From positions 1-56,109 of the forward strand of contig JBNKCR010000082.1 in NCBI GenBank assembly GCA_050287845.1: a DNA stretch of 56,109 nucleotides, written 5' to 3'. The notes beneath the pieces were generated by a model. That model did no database searches. It was given only the letters and a program-made list of their open reading frames with translations, and had not been told where the DNA came from. Every line of letters begins with the position of its first letter. The first letter of the stretch is position 1. The position numbers were made by a program, and so were the translations under genes. This document shows, piece by piece, positions 1 to 10,812 of this stretch. The DNA comes from Polyangia bacterium (GTDB lineage: Bacteria > Myxococcota_A > Polyangia > JAAYKL01).

Positions 1-2658
1 ATATTTGCGCAATCTGAATATGGCAGTATGCAGGGAGCTCATGGCTCTGTCACCGTCTGCATCTGCCCAGAGACTATCAACCAGACTGTCCGCTGTTTGT
101 CCTTGAGGACCGGCGACAACCAGTTCATTCAATAGTTCAAGTATTTTTCTGGGTGCTTTTTTATTCTGCGGCAGAGGGGAACTTTTGCGACATACGGTCA
201 ATTGGCCGCCCATGGAACGGATTGTCAGTTCCCATGGCCACGCTTTCAGTTTACGCGCTGTGCAATCCGCTGGCAGTTGGAGTTTTTGAATGATTGAGGA
301 AACGTATTCAGTTTCAATTCCATTGTCTATGGCGCTCACACATACGCGAGTCAAACACTGAGTGTCTATCATAAACGTGGCCAATTTAAATTGTCGCGCC
401 TGTGAGAATGCGTTCGACAGAACTTTCAAACCACTGTCCTGATATCCCGCTCCAAGCTCATGAGCTGCTAATGAAAGCAGCGCGCATGTTTCACCAACCA
501 CATAATTGGTGTCCCTGCAAAGCTGAATCGCCTCATCCAGTTCCGAACGAATAGTGTTTGGACCATTGCAATTCGCATGGAGCACAGATGTCGCTGCCTG
601 CGCCAGGGGCATGCGGGTTTCGTTCGCCAAAGTCAGTGCCAGAGCACTTTCGCGGCGGGCTTCAGAGTATTTCCCCTGTCGCAATTCCAGCACGGCTGCC
701 ACATAGTGGCCAAACATTCGCTCCACAAAACCGCCGTGTACAGCTTTCATGTTCAGCTTTTGATAGAAATCACCAGCACTTTTCATATTGCCTCGTTGTG
801 TTTCACCCCATACTGCAAGGCCAAGAAAAATGGCGTCCCAATGATGATATCCCGACACATCCGCTGCGTCCAACCCGGCTTTCACAGTTTGCAAACACTT
901 GTCCAGTTCGCACAGATAGTAGTAATAGTTGCTTTCTGCCATCAACCATACCACCCGGGTCAACGGATCTGCCTCTGCCACCAACGGACCAAGGGCCGAT
1001 AACAATTCCCACGCACGGCCAAGGTCATTTCCCCAGAAGCCGTAATACATGAGCAGAGCACAACCCACTTTTATGCGTTCCATGGTATTTGGACCGCAAA
1101 TCGCCAGTTTATAGGCCTTTTGTCTCCATTCCGGCAATGTGGAGTGATTTGGCTGTGCATGAACAAGTGCGTCAACGATTGCGGAGGTTAGCACCATCTG
1201 GGTGTTGGTATCCAGAGAATCGAACTTTCTGGATATGTCATCCAAATATTCAAACCACTGAAAAAGACAGGACAAGTCGGTTAGCGAATAAATATAAAAC
1301 TGCGACACCGCTGACCAGACAAGGGCACACCCATTATTATCCCCCAAATCGCGAAATATCTCATACAGTGGTTCCAGTAACGTCAGTCCGGACATGGCGT
1401 CAATCTGAAAACGGGACAGTCCAAGCCAGTACTGAAGCATTGGATTTTGCTGAAACATTTCTTCCGAGAACCTTTCCAATGTTCCTCTGATGACATCAAG
1501 TCGCCCTTCGCGCTGCAACGCAGGTGCCACCGCCAACACATATTCTTCGGCAAGCGCCCAGCTCTCACTTCGACATGCGAAGTCCAACGCCTGTTCTTCG
1601 CGCCCATCTTTCATTAGCAGCTCCGCCGCCGCGCGCATTGTGCAAATCAGACGGTCCGCCAGGATTTTCTCGGACTGGGTCAGCAGAAACTCTCTGAACA
1701 GTGGGTGATATCTGAAAGCGGTCTGTTTTCCGTGAAGTTGATAAATAAAATAACCTTTTCGGGCGAAATCTTTTAAAACATTTCCTGCGTTCTGTATTCC
1801 AGAAAGCGCAAGCGCAAAGGATTCAGTAAAATCCGGCACCAAAGACGTGGCCGCGAGAACAATTCTGCTATCCGGATCGATCCGCTCAAAGACCTCTTCA
1901 GAAAAGTATTCATGCAAAAGCGTATCATTGAATTGATATTCCGGGGATTGATATTCCGAATTTTTCAAGTTGCCAGCCAGCAGCAGTTTAAATCCCGCAA
2001 CCCATCCATCCGTCCAGTTTAAAAGCCGATCAATCTGGTGTTTTTCAATATGCTGATTGTGTTGCAGCGCAATCATTTCACTTTCAGTCTCTGTCAATGC
2101 CAGCTCCGCAGGCGAGATAAGGTGCATACTGTTGTGAATACGACTTCTGGACAGTGCAGCGGGCGGTTCGCCACGACTTTGTATGACGATGCGAGTGGCG
2201 TGTGACTTTTCCTGCAGCATTGCCCGAAGCGCGTCGTGCACAGTGCCGAGAGGAGACAAACTGTGGTAATCATCCAGCACAATCAACTCGGGTGTAGCTG
2301 CATATGAAAATAGTTGCCTGAAGAAGCGCCTTGAAAATTCCAACCTTGAAGACCGCCACTGGTTTGTAAACTGAGGTAGCCGGGCTCCGGAAACATGACT
2401 TCGGGCGGCAATGGTAAAATAGTGAAAAAAGGTCGCGATGTCGCTGTCCATATGATCCAGTTGAAACCATAACGTTTTCAATCCCCGATACTCAATCCAA
2501 CTTGCGACAAGTGCGGTTTTTCCGGCACCAGGGGGGCCTTGTATCCAGACAACCCCGTCCGCTGTTTTTTTTTCAATCTGTTTAAACAGCCGTTTTCGAA
2601 GTAACACATCTTTTGCCCGTGGACGCGTTAGCTTGACTGGAATCGCTTTACACCCCAT
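1..2658 (-). CDS. MalT-type AAA+/STAND ATPase transcriptional regulator with C-terminal SARP/OmpR-like winged helix (partial, runs off left edge)
   Basis: Manual translation from ATG 2658 (GGAG upstream; alternative ATG 2667): MGCKAIPVKLTRPRAKDVLLRKRLF..VVWIQGPPGAGKT (Walker A)..WFQLD..D..TFFHYF..LIVLDDYH (Walker B). The same frame at the window edge reads WPWELTIRSMGG..LVDSLWADADGDRAMSSLHTAIFRLRKY. Probably absent from the ORF track because no stop lies in the window; the middle was not checked codon by codon. Confidence 0.85.
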   Translation of the reverse strand, partial: MGCKAIPVKLTRPRAKDVLLRKRLFKQIEKKTADGVVWIQGPPGAGKTALVASWIEYRGLKTLWFQLDHMDSDIATFFHYFTIAARSHVSGARLPQFTNQWRSSRLEFSRRFFRQLFSYAATPELIVLDDYHSLSPLGTVHDALRAMLQEKSHATRIVIQSRGEPPAALSRSRIHNSMHLISPAELALTETESEMIALQHNQHIEKHQIDRLLNWTDGWVAGFKLLLAGNLKNSEYQSPEYQFNDTLLHEYFSEEVFERIDPDSRIVLAATSLVPDFTESFALALSGIQNAGNVLKDFARKGYFIYQLHGKQTAFRYHPLFREFLLTQSEKILADRLICTMRAAAELLMKDGREEQALDFACRSESWALAEEYVLAVAPALQREGRLDVIRGTLERFSEEMFQQNPMLQYWLGLSRFQIDAMSGLTLLEPLYEIFRDLGDNNGCALVWSAVSQFYIYSLTDLSCLFQWFEYLDDISRKFDSLDTNTQMVLTSAIVDALVHAQPNHSTLPEWRQKAYKLAICGPNTMERIKVGCALLMYYGFWGNDLGRAWELLSALGPLVAEADPLTRVVWLMAESNYYYYLCELDKCLQTVKAGLDAADVSGYHHWDAIFLGLAVWGETQRGNMKSAGDFYQKLNMKAVHGGFVERMFGHYVAAVLELRQGKYSEARRESALALTLANETRMPLAQAATSVLHANCNGPNTIRSELDEAIQLCRDTNYVVGETCALLSLAAHELGAGYQDSGLKVLSNAFSQARQFKLATFMIDTQCLTRVCVSAIDNGIETEYVSSIIQKLQLPADCTARKLKAWPWELTIRSMGGQLTVCRKSSPLPQNKKAPRKILELLNELVVAGPQGQTADSLVDSLWADADGDRAMSSLHTAIFRLRKY

Positions 2659-3112
2659 AACATTCATCTCCGATGTTTGTGCTGCTTTCGGAATGAACAA
2701 AAACACATTGACGTTTCTACAACTTCAAATGGACAAGAAGCGCACGAGAAAGAGATTCAATTCATATAGAATATGTAACAAACAGAAAGCAGCGTTATAA
2801 TTACGTAAAGAAAATCATAATTGACGGATATTTTCCAGATTTATTGGTCTATTGAGTCGCAGCTATGTTTGAAAATCTGATTGGAATATAGCGGTGATGC
2901 GATGGACAACCGCACATAAAGAAAGCCTACCATTGTTTTGCCAATGCGGCATACGATTATCGAGTGGCGATATTGCTGAATACTGCGATATGCAACAGTT
3001 CTTTATGGAGTAGATTTTCTTTTACTTCCGGGCAAGCTTTTTTCTTCTACCTGTAAGTGATGTGTAAGTGGGGTCGGGTATAGTGGCGATTCACTTTAAC
3101 AGGGAGGAATAT

Positions 3113-4939
3113 ATGACAATCAACATTACACAGTGGACTGGAAAGTATGCGGTGTCGGGCAGCATCGCTATTTTAACGGCGTTGTTGCTGATGCTTTTAT
3201 CAGCTACTGCATTTGCATCAGGGGGCGGGCGCTATCGGGTGGATCCGTGGTCGTTCGGGGTGATGGGGGACACACAGTGGACGTCAGGCACTGATCCGGA
3301 AGGGGCGAATCCGGAGTATGTCAGCGTTGCTGTGGCACAGGAACTCAACTACGAATTTATCAATCACGGCGTTCGGTTTGTCATTCAATTGGGGGACTTG
3401 ACGGATCGCGCTGGAGAGACGGGTATTGCGGCGCGTGCGGCGGCAGCGATGCCGTTGTATGCTGCCGGCATCGGATTTTTTCCCGTACGTGGCAATCACG
3501 AAACCATGGGTTCGAGGTATGGACGGGACCCGAGTCCGCGCAACTACTGTGTGGATGCGTTCAGAGCGTATTTTTCTCAGACTATGGGAACAGGCGACTA
3601 TTTATTTGATGCAACCAACTTCAGCAGCCCGACGGAACTGATGCCTGATGCATATGATGAGACTTTTACATTTGAGTCTTCCGATGATCTGTTGGGCATG
3701 AGCTACTCTTTCGATTTTGGCGAGGCGGGTAATAATGCCCGATTTGTGGTGATTGACTCCGAAAGAACAGCCGCCGCCCGTTCGGGCTATCATCCCGGCC
3801 AACAATTGTCATGGATAGAAGAGCGGCTGAATGTGGTTACCCGGGGGACGGAGCACGCTTTTGTTATGTCTCACCGCCCATTGATGGGAGTCAATCATGT
3901 GGATTCGGTTTTTGGCAGCAGCGCCGGGTCCAAATCATTTGCCCAGGAACCTTTTTATACCGTGTTGCAGGAAAACGGTGTCAGGTACTTCCTGGGAGCG
4001 CACGATCATATTCACCATCGCTCCATTGTCGAGAGTCCCAATGGCGGGGCGGCGGTTGAGGAGCTGATTTCCATCGGGGCAAGCCCCAAGTTCTATTCCC
4101 CAAGGGGGCTCAACAGTTATATCAGCAGTGCCTATGGAGATGTCAAGCAGCGGGAAACCCCCATTTCCGAGGAAATACATAATATTGGATACTATATTTA
4201 CACGGTGGATGGTCCACGGGTTGACGTCACCTACTATTCGGATGCCACCGGAAATTTTATGTCTACCCCGGATTATCCCTATGGAGACAATTCGATTCCG
4301 GAAAGACTGTATCTGCCGGAGTTCAATTTTATTGAGAAGGAAACCTGGGGATACGGCAACAATGGCACCCAGTTCATCATTGCTCAGGGAGAATCTTATA
4401 CAGTAGTTGAAGACAGCTTCGGCGACACTGCTGCACAGATTCTGGATGGATTCAATGGCAGTACCACCACAGACTATGTTCCGATAATTTATCAGGATGT
4501 GAACGGTACACCGGAGGATCCGTCGGATGATGTGTTGGTGAGTGCGCCCCGACCTCTCGTAAAGACAGTGAATACCGGATGGGTGGCAAAGCCCTGTAAT
4601 GGCAAGACGAAGAGCGACATTCTTTCTATTTGGGGAATGGGTGAGTTGGGGTCAGCACAAACGGATACCTTTGTGCTCTCCATGACGCTTGAGTTCACAC
4701 GGATGCATCATCTGGGGCGGGGGGATATTGGCATCGCCACATGGGTGGACAGCCATTGGGTGAACGCCGTGGATGAAAATTTTGGTGGAACCAAAATCTT
4801 TGTGGTTGGCAAATACAAGCCGCAATATGGCCTCGGAACTTATGGGATTGATCCAGTTACCAGAACAGCATGGGCGGTGTTGAATTATAATGCCGATTTT
4901 GCGGTGGCAAAAGATTTAAATTCTGAACCGTGCGAGTGA
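3113..4939 (+). CDS. Secreted calcineurin-like metallophosphoesterase
   Basis: RBS AGGGAGG before ATG 3113; signal peptide ending AFA; motifs GDTQ, QLGDLTD, RGNHE, MSH, AHDH. Confidence 0.85.
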   Translation: MTINITQWTGKYAVSGSIAILTALLLMLLSATAFASGGGRYRVDPWSFGVMGDTQWTSGTDPEGANPEYVSVAVAQELNYEFINHGVRFVIQLGDLTDRAGETGIAARAAAAMPLYAAGIGFFPVRGNHETMGSRYGRDPSPRNYCVDAFRAYFSQTMGTGDYLFDATNFSSPTELMPDAYDETFTFESSDDLLGMSYSFDFGEAGNNARFVVIDSERTAAARSGYHPGQQLSWIEERLNVVTRGTEHAFVMSHRPLMGVNHVDSVFGSSAGSKSFAQEPFYTVLQENGVRYFLGAHDHIHHRSIVESPNGGAAVEELISIGASPKFYSPRGLNSYISSAYGDVKQRETPISEEIHNIGYYIYTVDGPRVDVTYYSDATGNFMSTPDYPYGDNSIPERLYLPEFNFIEKETWGYGNNGTQFIIAQGESYTVVEDSFGDTAAQILDGFNGSTTTDYVPIIYQDVNGTPEDPSDDVLVSAPRPLVKTVNTGWVAKPCNGKTKSDILSIWGMGELGSAQTDTFVLSMTLEFTRMHHLGRGDIGIATWVDSHWVNAVDENFGGTKIFVVGKYKPQYGLGTYGIDPVTRTAWAVLNYNADFAVAKDLNSEPCE

Positions 4940-4949
4940 GGGTGGTTCA

Positions 4950-6068
4950 TCAGCCTTTATCCCAGAGAAAATCTCCTTCAATCAGCGTGTCCATATCCAA
5001 TTGCGTGGTGTGAATGCTATCCGGTTTAAGCTGTATTGCTTCAGCGATGTTGGCAACACCGGGAATCGATGCCCATGGAATGCCGCTGCCAATTATTTTG
5101 GGAGCGATAAACAGTGACAATTGATCCGCCAGTTTTGCCTGAATAAACGCCCCATGCAGTTTGCTGCCACCTTCCACCAGCACGCTTAGAAAACCAAGGT
5201 CGTTGAGCTTCTGAATCACATCGGTTATATCCAGCAGTTCGTTCTTCTGTTTGCATTCAATCAAGTGAACATTGGGGATGTTGGAAAGTGTGTTCGCCTG
5301 ATGGAGCGGCACGTCAGCGCAGTGAAGTACGATGACTTTTCCTTCGGATGACGTCTTCAGCAGGTTGGATTCGAGGGGAATTCTTAAATGGGAATCGAGA
5401 ACGACCCGTGCGGGTGTTTTACCATCCGCGTCTCGCACGGTGAGAGTGGGGTTGTCTGCAAGGACAGTGCCGCCACCGACAAGGATGCCGTCGTGAGAAG
5501 CACGCAGCCCGTGTCCGACGGCTCTGGCCTTCGCGCTGGTTATCCATTTTGAGTTGCCGGTGACGGTTGCAATGTATCCATCCATTGTCGTAGCGGCCTT
5601 TAAATGAATGAGAGGGCGCCCATGGATGCGATGATGAATGTATGCATGTAACATCTGCTTACAATCGTCTTCGAGAATTCCCACGTCAACCTGATGACCG
5701 GCATCGCGCAATGTGGCGATACCGTTTCCGGCAACCAGAGGGTCCGGGTCTGCCATGCCAACCACGATGCGTCCAATGCCGGCTTCGTGCAATGCAACCG
5801 AACAGGGGCCGGTTCTTCCCTGGTGACAGCATGGTTCCAAAGTGACATATATGGTGGCATTGCGAACACTCTCAGCGGCGCTGGCTGCATCCTGCAGCGC
5901 CTCGATTTCTGCATGGGGTTGACCGGGCGCCCGATGAAATCCTTTTCCGACTATCCTGTTATGCTGAACAATGACCGCACCGACACGAGGATTGGGACTG
6001 GGGCGACTTTGCCGGGCAAGCGCCAGTGCCAGACGCATAAAATGGTTGTCGTCTATCACTGATGCCAT
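4950..6068 (-). CDS. ribD: Bifunctional riboflavin biosynthesis deaminase/reductase
   Basis: PNPRVGAVIV, HAE, TLEPCCHQGRTGPC, SKWIT, VLVEGG. Confidence 0.97.
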   Translation of the reverse strand: MASVIDDNHFMRLALALARQSRPSPNPRVGAVIVQHNRIVGKGFHRAPGQPHAEIEALQDAASAAESVRNATIYVTLEPCCHQGRTGPCSVALHEAGIGRIVVGMADPDPLVAGNGIATLRDAGHQVDVGILEDDCKQMLHAYIHHRIHGRPLIHLKAATTMDGYIATVTGNSKWITSAKARAVGHGLRASHDGILVGGGTVLADNPTLTVRDADGKTPARVVLDSHLRIPLESNLLKTSSEGKVIVLHCADVPLHQANTLSNIPNVHLIECKQKNELLDITDVIQKLNDLGFLSVLVEGGSKLHGAFIQAKLADQLSLFIAPKIIGSGIPWASIPGVANIAEAIQLKPDSIHTTQLDMDTLIEGDFLWDKG

Positions 6069-6089
6069 AGCTGTGTCCTTTACTGTTGC

Positions 6090-6551
6090 TCAGTTTCCCC
6101 GTTTTCTTACAAGGGAAGACAGTTCATCCATGAATTCGTCGATGTCCTTGAAGGACCGGTAAACACTGGCAAATCGCACGTACGCTACTTCGTCGAGTTC
6201 GCGAAGTCGTTTCATGACATATTCACCAATTTCCTCTGCCGGAATTTCTTCGAGGCTGAGAGAACCGATGTCTTTACCCACATCATCAACCAATTGCTTG
6301 ATTTGTTTCACTGAAATCGGACGTTTGTCGCATGCTTTTGAAACACCGAGCATCAATTTGTCGGTATCCCATTGTTCTCGTCGACCATCTTTCTTCACCA
6401 CCATGGGAAACGCGCCTTCGGAGCGCTCATAAGTGGTGAAACGATGACTGCAAGTATCACAGGAACGTCGCCGTCTGATTTCAAAACCATCTTTAATGGT
6501 GCGTGAATCAATGACGCGAGTGTCAGGTTCTGCGCAGACGGGGCACTTCAT
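6090..6551 (-). CDS. nrdR: Transcriptional repressor NrdR
   Basis: MKCPVC..IRRRRSC..C..RFTTYE Zn ribbon, ATP cone, VAYVRFASVY. Confidence 0.98.
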   Translation of the reverse strand: MKCPVCAEPDTRVIDSRTIKDGFEIRRRRSCDTCSHRFTTYERSEGAFPMVVKKDGRREQWDTDKLMLGVSKACDKRPISVKQIKQLVDDVGKDIGSLSLEEIPAEEIGEYVMKRLRELDEVAYVRFASVYRSFKDIDEFMDELSSLVRKRGN

Positions 6552-6991
6552 TTGTGGGGAGGATCGAGCTGGTTGATTCGTCTCTGATGACGGCCGCCAA
6601 TAAATTTGGCGGTGACAAACATATCAACAATGTGTTCAGCGAGACCAGGACCTGTTACCCGTCCACCCATGCACAATACGTTGGCGTTGTTGTGCTCTCT
6701 GGCCATTCTTGCCATGTAGGTGTCCGTACAGAGGGCGGCTCGAATTCCGGAGTGGCGATTCGCCGCCAGACTCATACCGATACCTGTCCCACAGATCAGT
6801 ATTCCCAGCGTGTTTTCATTGGAGAGCACGTGATCCGCCAATGGATGCGCATAGTCAGTATAGTCCACTGATGTAGCGGTGTCGGTTCCAAGGTCGGTCA
6901 CCTCGTATCCACGCTCCGACAGATACGCTTTTACGACAACTTTCAGATCTACGCCACCATGGTCGCTGGCAATGACAACACGAGGCTTCAT
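6548..6991 (-). CDS. rpiB: Ribose-5-phosphate isomerase B
   Basis: ASDHGG, ICGTGIGMS, HNNAN, GGRHQRR. Confidence 0.97.
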   Translation of the reverse strand: MKPRVVIASDHGGVDLKVVVKAYLSERGYEVTDLGTDTATSVDYTDYAHPLADHVLSNENTLGILICGTGIGMSLAANRHSGIRAALCTDTYMARMAREHNNANVLCMGGRVTGPGLAEHIVDMFVTAKFIGGRHQRRINQLDPPHK

Positions 6992-6997
6992 TGTTGG

Positions 6998-8248
6998 CTA
7001 TCCTTCATATTTAGAGAACAGAATCGCTGCGTTCGTTCCGCCAAATCCCAAAGAATTGCTCATCGCGTGTGTGACTTTCATTTCTCGGGATTTGTGAGGT
7101 ATGTAATCCATGGTGCACTGTTCGTCGGGAGAATCGAGATTGATTGTTGGCGGTACCGCCTGATTCTGAATTGTCAGAGCCAGGGCAATCGCTTCGATGG
7201 CTCCGGCGGCGCCGAGCAGGTGCCCCGTCATGGATTTGGTGCTGCTTACCGCAAGCTTTGTGACATGGTCTCCAAAAACCTTCAGCATAGCAATGGTTTC
7301 CAACGGATCATTAATGGGGGTTGATGTACCGTGGGCGTTGATGTAGTCAACATCCGAAGGGGTCAATCCCGCATTCCCGAGACACAAATTCATGCAACGA
7401 ATGGCACCTTCTCCGCCAGGGGCCGGCTGTGTAATATGGTTCGCATCCGCAGTTGCGCCATAGCCGGTCATTTCGGCATAGATTTTTGCACCACGCGCTT
7501 TCGCGTGCGCCAGCTCTTCAAGAACAATCACTCCCGCGCCTTCTCCCATCACAAAACCGTCACGGTCCTTGTCAAACGGACGGCTTGCTTTTTCGGGCGC
7601 ATCATTTCTGGTGGATAATGCCTTAATCGCGTTGAATCCACCAATTCCCAATGGGGTAATCGCCGCTTCTGCCCCACCCGTAAATGCAACATCGACTGTT
7701 CCATCCTGAATGAGTCTGTATGCATCTCCCGCCGCATGGGTCGCAGAGGCACAGGCCGAAGTCACCGTATAAGATGGGCCTTTCATATTGTACCGCATTG
7801 AGATGTGACCAGGAGCCAGGTTTGAAATCATCATTGGAATGAAGTAAGGAGTAATGCGTCTGGGGCTTCCCAGAGTGCGCATTTTCTCATAAGTATCTTC
7901 CATTGACTGAAGACCACCGACGCCAACGCCCATGATGGAAGCCACTCTGGGGGCCAATTCGTCGGTGATTGTCAGACCACAATCCTTGAATGCCTCATCA
8001 CATGCCGCAATCGCCAGCTGTATGAATCGATCCATCTGTCGAACTTCGCGTTTTGAAACGTGATTGAGAGGATCAAATCCTTTCACCTCGCCTGCGATTT
8101 TGGTCGCGAAGTGTTCAGTATCAAAATGAGTGATATAGTCAATGCCACTTCGTCCTTCCATAAATCCCTGCCACAGGGATTCCACGTCAAGACCCAGGGG
8201 ACTGACACATCCCACTCCAGTAATTACTACTCTGCGCTTGTCTGTCAA
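6998..8248 (-). CDS. fabF: 3-oxoacyl-ACP synthase II
   Basis: RRVVITG, SACAS, NAHGTST, KSMTGHLLGAAG, SNSLGFGGTN. Confidence 0.97.
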   Translation of the reverse strand: MTDKRRVVITGVGCVSPLGLDVESLWQGFMEGRSGIDYITHFDTEHFATKIAGEVKGFDPLNHVSKREVRQMDRFIQLAIAACDEAFKDCGLTITDELAPRVASIMGVGVGGLQSMEDTYEKMRTLGSPRRITPYFIPMMISNLAPGHISMRYNMKGPSYTVTSACASATHAAGDAYRLIQDGTVDVAFTGGAEAAITPLGIGGFNAIKALSTRNDAPEKASRPFDKDRDGFVMGEGAGVIVLEELAHAKARGAKIYAEMTGYGATADANHITQPAPGGEGAIRCMNLCLGNAGLTPSDVDYINAHGTSTPINDPLETIAMLKVFGDHVTKLAVSSTKSMTGHLLGAAGAIEAIALALTIQNQAVPPTINLDSPDEQCTMDYIPHKSREMKVTHAMSNSLGFGGTNAAILFSKYEG

Positions 8249-8282
8249 AGCAAGCTCCTTTAATATGGTCTCACTCAGGCAA

Positions 8283-8516
8283 CTAGCCGAGCTTAGAGTT
8301 GATATACTCTACTGCGTCTTTGAACGTTCTCAGTTTCTCAGTGTCTTCGTCAGGAATATCAATTTCAAATTCTTCTTCAAGAGCCAGTACCAGCTCAACA
8401 ACGGTGAGAGAGTCTGCACCCAAATCGTCGATGAAAGAGGTTTCCGTCTTTACTTCATCCGGTTCAACATCGAGTTGCTGACATACGATTTCGCGGACTT
8501 TGTTTTCATTTTCCAT
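8283..8516 (-). CDS. acpP: Acyl carrier protein
   Basis: DDLGADSL phosphopantetheine site; acidic, 77 aa; lies between fabD and fabF. Confidence 0.97.
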   Translation of the reverse strand: MENENKVREIVCQQLDVEPDEVKTETSFIDDLGADSLTVVELVLALEEEFEIDIPDEDTEKLRTFKDAVEYINSKLG

Positions 8517-8598
8517 TTGTATCCTCCAAATTATGCAGATGAAACTGGCTTCAAATGCAATTTAAGTACGGTGATTCTGTCCGTACCTGTCTTAAAAA

Positions 8599-9540
8599 TT
8601 ACAACTGGTTTTTCTCCAGTTTTTCTTTTGCTTTTTCAATACCATCGGGGGAGCCAACCGAAATTGTCTCTACCGATGCGTCAATTTTCGAAATCAGTCC
8701 TGCAAGTACGTTGCCAGGTCCAAATTCAACAAACGTGGTGACCCCTTCGCCAATCATATATCGGATTGAATCAGTCCAACGAACCGGGGATGTCACCTGC
8801 TGAACCATCAGCTTCTGAATTTTCGATGCGTCGAGGTTAGGGGTTGCCTCAACATTGGTGACGACGGGGGGAACCGGCATTCCGAATGTGATCTCGGAAA
8901 GGAAAGCATCCAGTTTTTCGGCAGCAAGGGTCATGAGCCGGCAATGGAAGGGGGCGCTGACTCGCAATGGAATGACCCGTCCTCCCTGTTCTTTGAGGAT
9001 ATCTGCAGCGCGACTTACCGCAGCAGCGTCCCCGGAAATGACCACCTGGTCGGGGCTATTGAAATTTGCCGGGGAAACCACTTCTCCCTGTGATGCCTGT
9101 TCGCAGGCGGCATAGATCACATCCTCATCGACTTTCATCACTGCAGCCATTGCCCCTTTTCCCGCGGGTACTGCTTCCTGCATGAAAGTGCCCCTGGCGC
9201 GTGTGGTTCGAACCGCATCGCTGAACTCCATGGCGCCACTGGCTACCAGCGCAGAGAATTCCCCCAGGGAATGCCCCGCCACAAAATCGGGCTTGGCGTT
9301 GCTGACTTCCTGAAAAGCGCGCAAAGCAGCAATAGAGACAGTGAGAATTGCCGGTTGGGTATTCGCGGTCAGCGTCAGGTCTTCAGCTGGACCGTTGAAA
9401 ATCAGATTCTGAAAGTTTTCTCCCAGTGCCTCATCGGCTTCGGCAAAAACAGTTCGAGAAATGTCAAACTTCTCAAGAAGCTCTTTGCCCATGCCCACCC
9501 GTTGTGCTCCCTGACCGGGAAATACAAATGCTGTTTTCAT
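8599..9540 (-). CDS. fabD: Malonyl-CoA:ACP transacylase
   Basis: FPGQGAQ, GHSLGE, VSAPFH. Confidence 0.97.
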   Translation of the reverse strand: MKTAFVFPGQGAQRVGMGKELLEKFDISRTVFAEADEALGENFQNLIFNGPAEDLTLTANTQPAILTVSIAALRAFQEVSNAKPDFVAGHSLGEFSALVASGAMEFSDAVRTTRARGTFMQEAVPAGKGAMAAVMKVDEDVIYAACEQASQGEVVSPANFNSPDQVVISGDAAAVSRAADILKEQGGRVIPLRVSAPFHCRLMTLAAEKLDAFLSEITFGMPVPPVVTNVEATPNLDASKIQKLMVQQVTSPVRWTDSIRYMIGEGVTTFVEFGPGNVLAGLISKIDASVETISVGSPDGIEKAKEKLEKNQL

Positions 9541-9547
9541 CTGAATG

Positions 9548-10540
9548 TCACCATTTTATCAATGCAGACCCCCAGGAGATTCCTCCTCCCAGAGCGATCA
9601 TTAAAACAAGATCGTTGTCCTTGACTTTACCATCGCGCACCGCTTCATCCAACGAAATCGGGATGGAAGCACTTGACGTATTGCCATAATATTTCAAGTT
9701 GAGAGCGAATTTTTCCAACGGTATTTTTACCCGCTTCGAAACCGCACTCAGTATTCGCATGTTTGCCTGGTGAGCTACCACAACATCGACATCATCCACC
9801 GTGTAGCCATTGGTTCGCACAGCAGTTTCTGCTGCATCAGACAGATTTTTCACAGCTACTTTGAAAACCTCCCTGCCTTCCATCTGAATGAAGTGCTGCC
9901 CTGATGCAACACTCTCGGAGCTGGCAGGGTAAAGGGAACCACCTCCCGGTATTTTCAGCACACCGGTAAACGCGCTGTCAGTAAAGAGATGGGTAGACAT
10001 GATACCCCTGTCAGAACTGTCGCCGGCAACAATTACTGCACCGGCGCCATCACCAAAAAGTACACAGGTGTTGCGATCTTTGAAATCCATGAAACGGCTC
10101 AACATTTCCGCTCCCACCACTGCAACGGTTCTGGCTTTGCCGGTCTTTATGAAACTGTCCGCTATGGAGAGGCCATAAATAAATCCCGCACATGCCGCGG
10201 ATACATCAAACGATGCACAGGAATTTGTTGCACCAATTTTTTTCTGTATCATTGCTGCGGTTGCCGGCAGTGGCATATCACCGGTTACGGTGCCGCAAAT
10301 AATCATGTCCAGATCGTTCGCTGTTTTTCCCGCCATTCGCAGCGCGGATTTCACAGCTTCCGCTGCCATATCCGACGTGGCGATATCATTCGAGGCAATG
10401 CGTCTTTCACTGATGCCGGTTCTCTCGGTGATCCACTCATCACTGGTATCAACCATCTTTTCCAAGTCGAAATTCGTGAGTACGCCTTCCGCCCTGTATT
10501 TCCCGGTTCCAATGATTCTGGTGTTAATATCTGCGATCAT
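9548..10540 (-). CDS. fabH: 3-oxoacyl-ACP synthase III
   Basis: DTSDEWITERTGI, AACAGF, HQAN, GNTSSAS (Cys-His-Asn triad). Confidence 0.97.
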   Translation of the reverse strand: MIADINTRIIGTGKYRAEGVLTNFDLEKMVDTSDEWITERTGISERRIASNDIATSDMAAEAVKSALRMAGKTANDLDMIICGTVTGDMPLPATAAMIQKKIGATNSCASFDVSAACAGFIYGLSIADSFIKTGKARTVAVVGAEMLSRFMDFKDRNTCVLFGDGAGAVIVAGDSSDRGIMSTHLFTDSAFTGVLKIPGGGSLYPASSESVASGQHFIQMEGREVFKVAVKNLSDAAETAVRTNGYTVDDVDVVVAHQANMRILSAVSKRVKIPLEKFALNLKYYGNTSSASIPISLDEAVRDGKVKDNDLVLMIALGGGISWGSALIKW

Positions 10541-10606
10541 TCACTGCTCGTTTTCATCGGTTTTCAAATGCGCCTGGTCCGAAAGCAAAATGTGTGCCTG
10601 AAATGA

Positions 10607-10810
10607 CTATGCTTCTTGCTGTGCGTCTTCTTCAGCCAGTGCCACTACCTGACGGCCTCTGTATACGCCGCATTCCGGGCAAGCCTGATGAGGCACTGTG
10701 GGAGCGCCACATTCTACGCAATCAGAAATGGCGGGTTGAGAGATTTTGTCATGATTTGCGCGTCTTCTGTCGCGACGTGCTTTGGATGTTTTTTTCTTTG
10801 GAACTGCCAC
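10607..10810 (-). CDS. rpmF: 50S ribosomal protein L32 (Zn-ribbon form)
   Basis: MAVPKKKTSKARRDRRR, CxxC..CxxCG. Confidence 0.97.
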   Translation of the reverse strand: MAVPKKKTSKARRDRRRANHDKISQPAISDCVECGAPTVPHQACPECGVYRGRQVVALAEEDAQQEA

Positions 10811-10812
10811 TG

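Noticed and set aside
558..2470. Short ORFs listed in the track in the first 2.5 kb
   Set aside because: They are shadows of the long minus-strand regulator frame.
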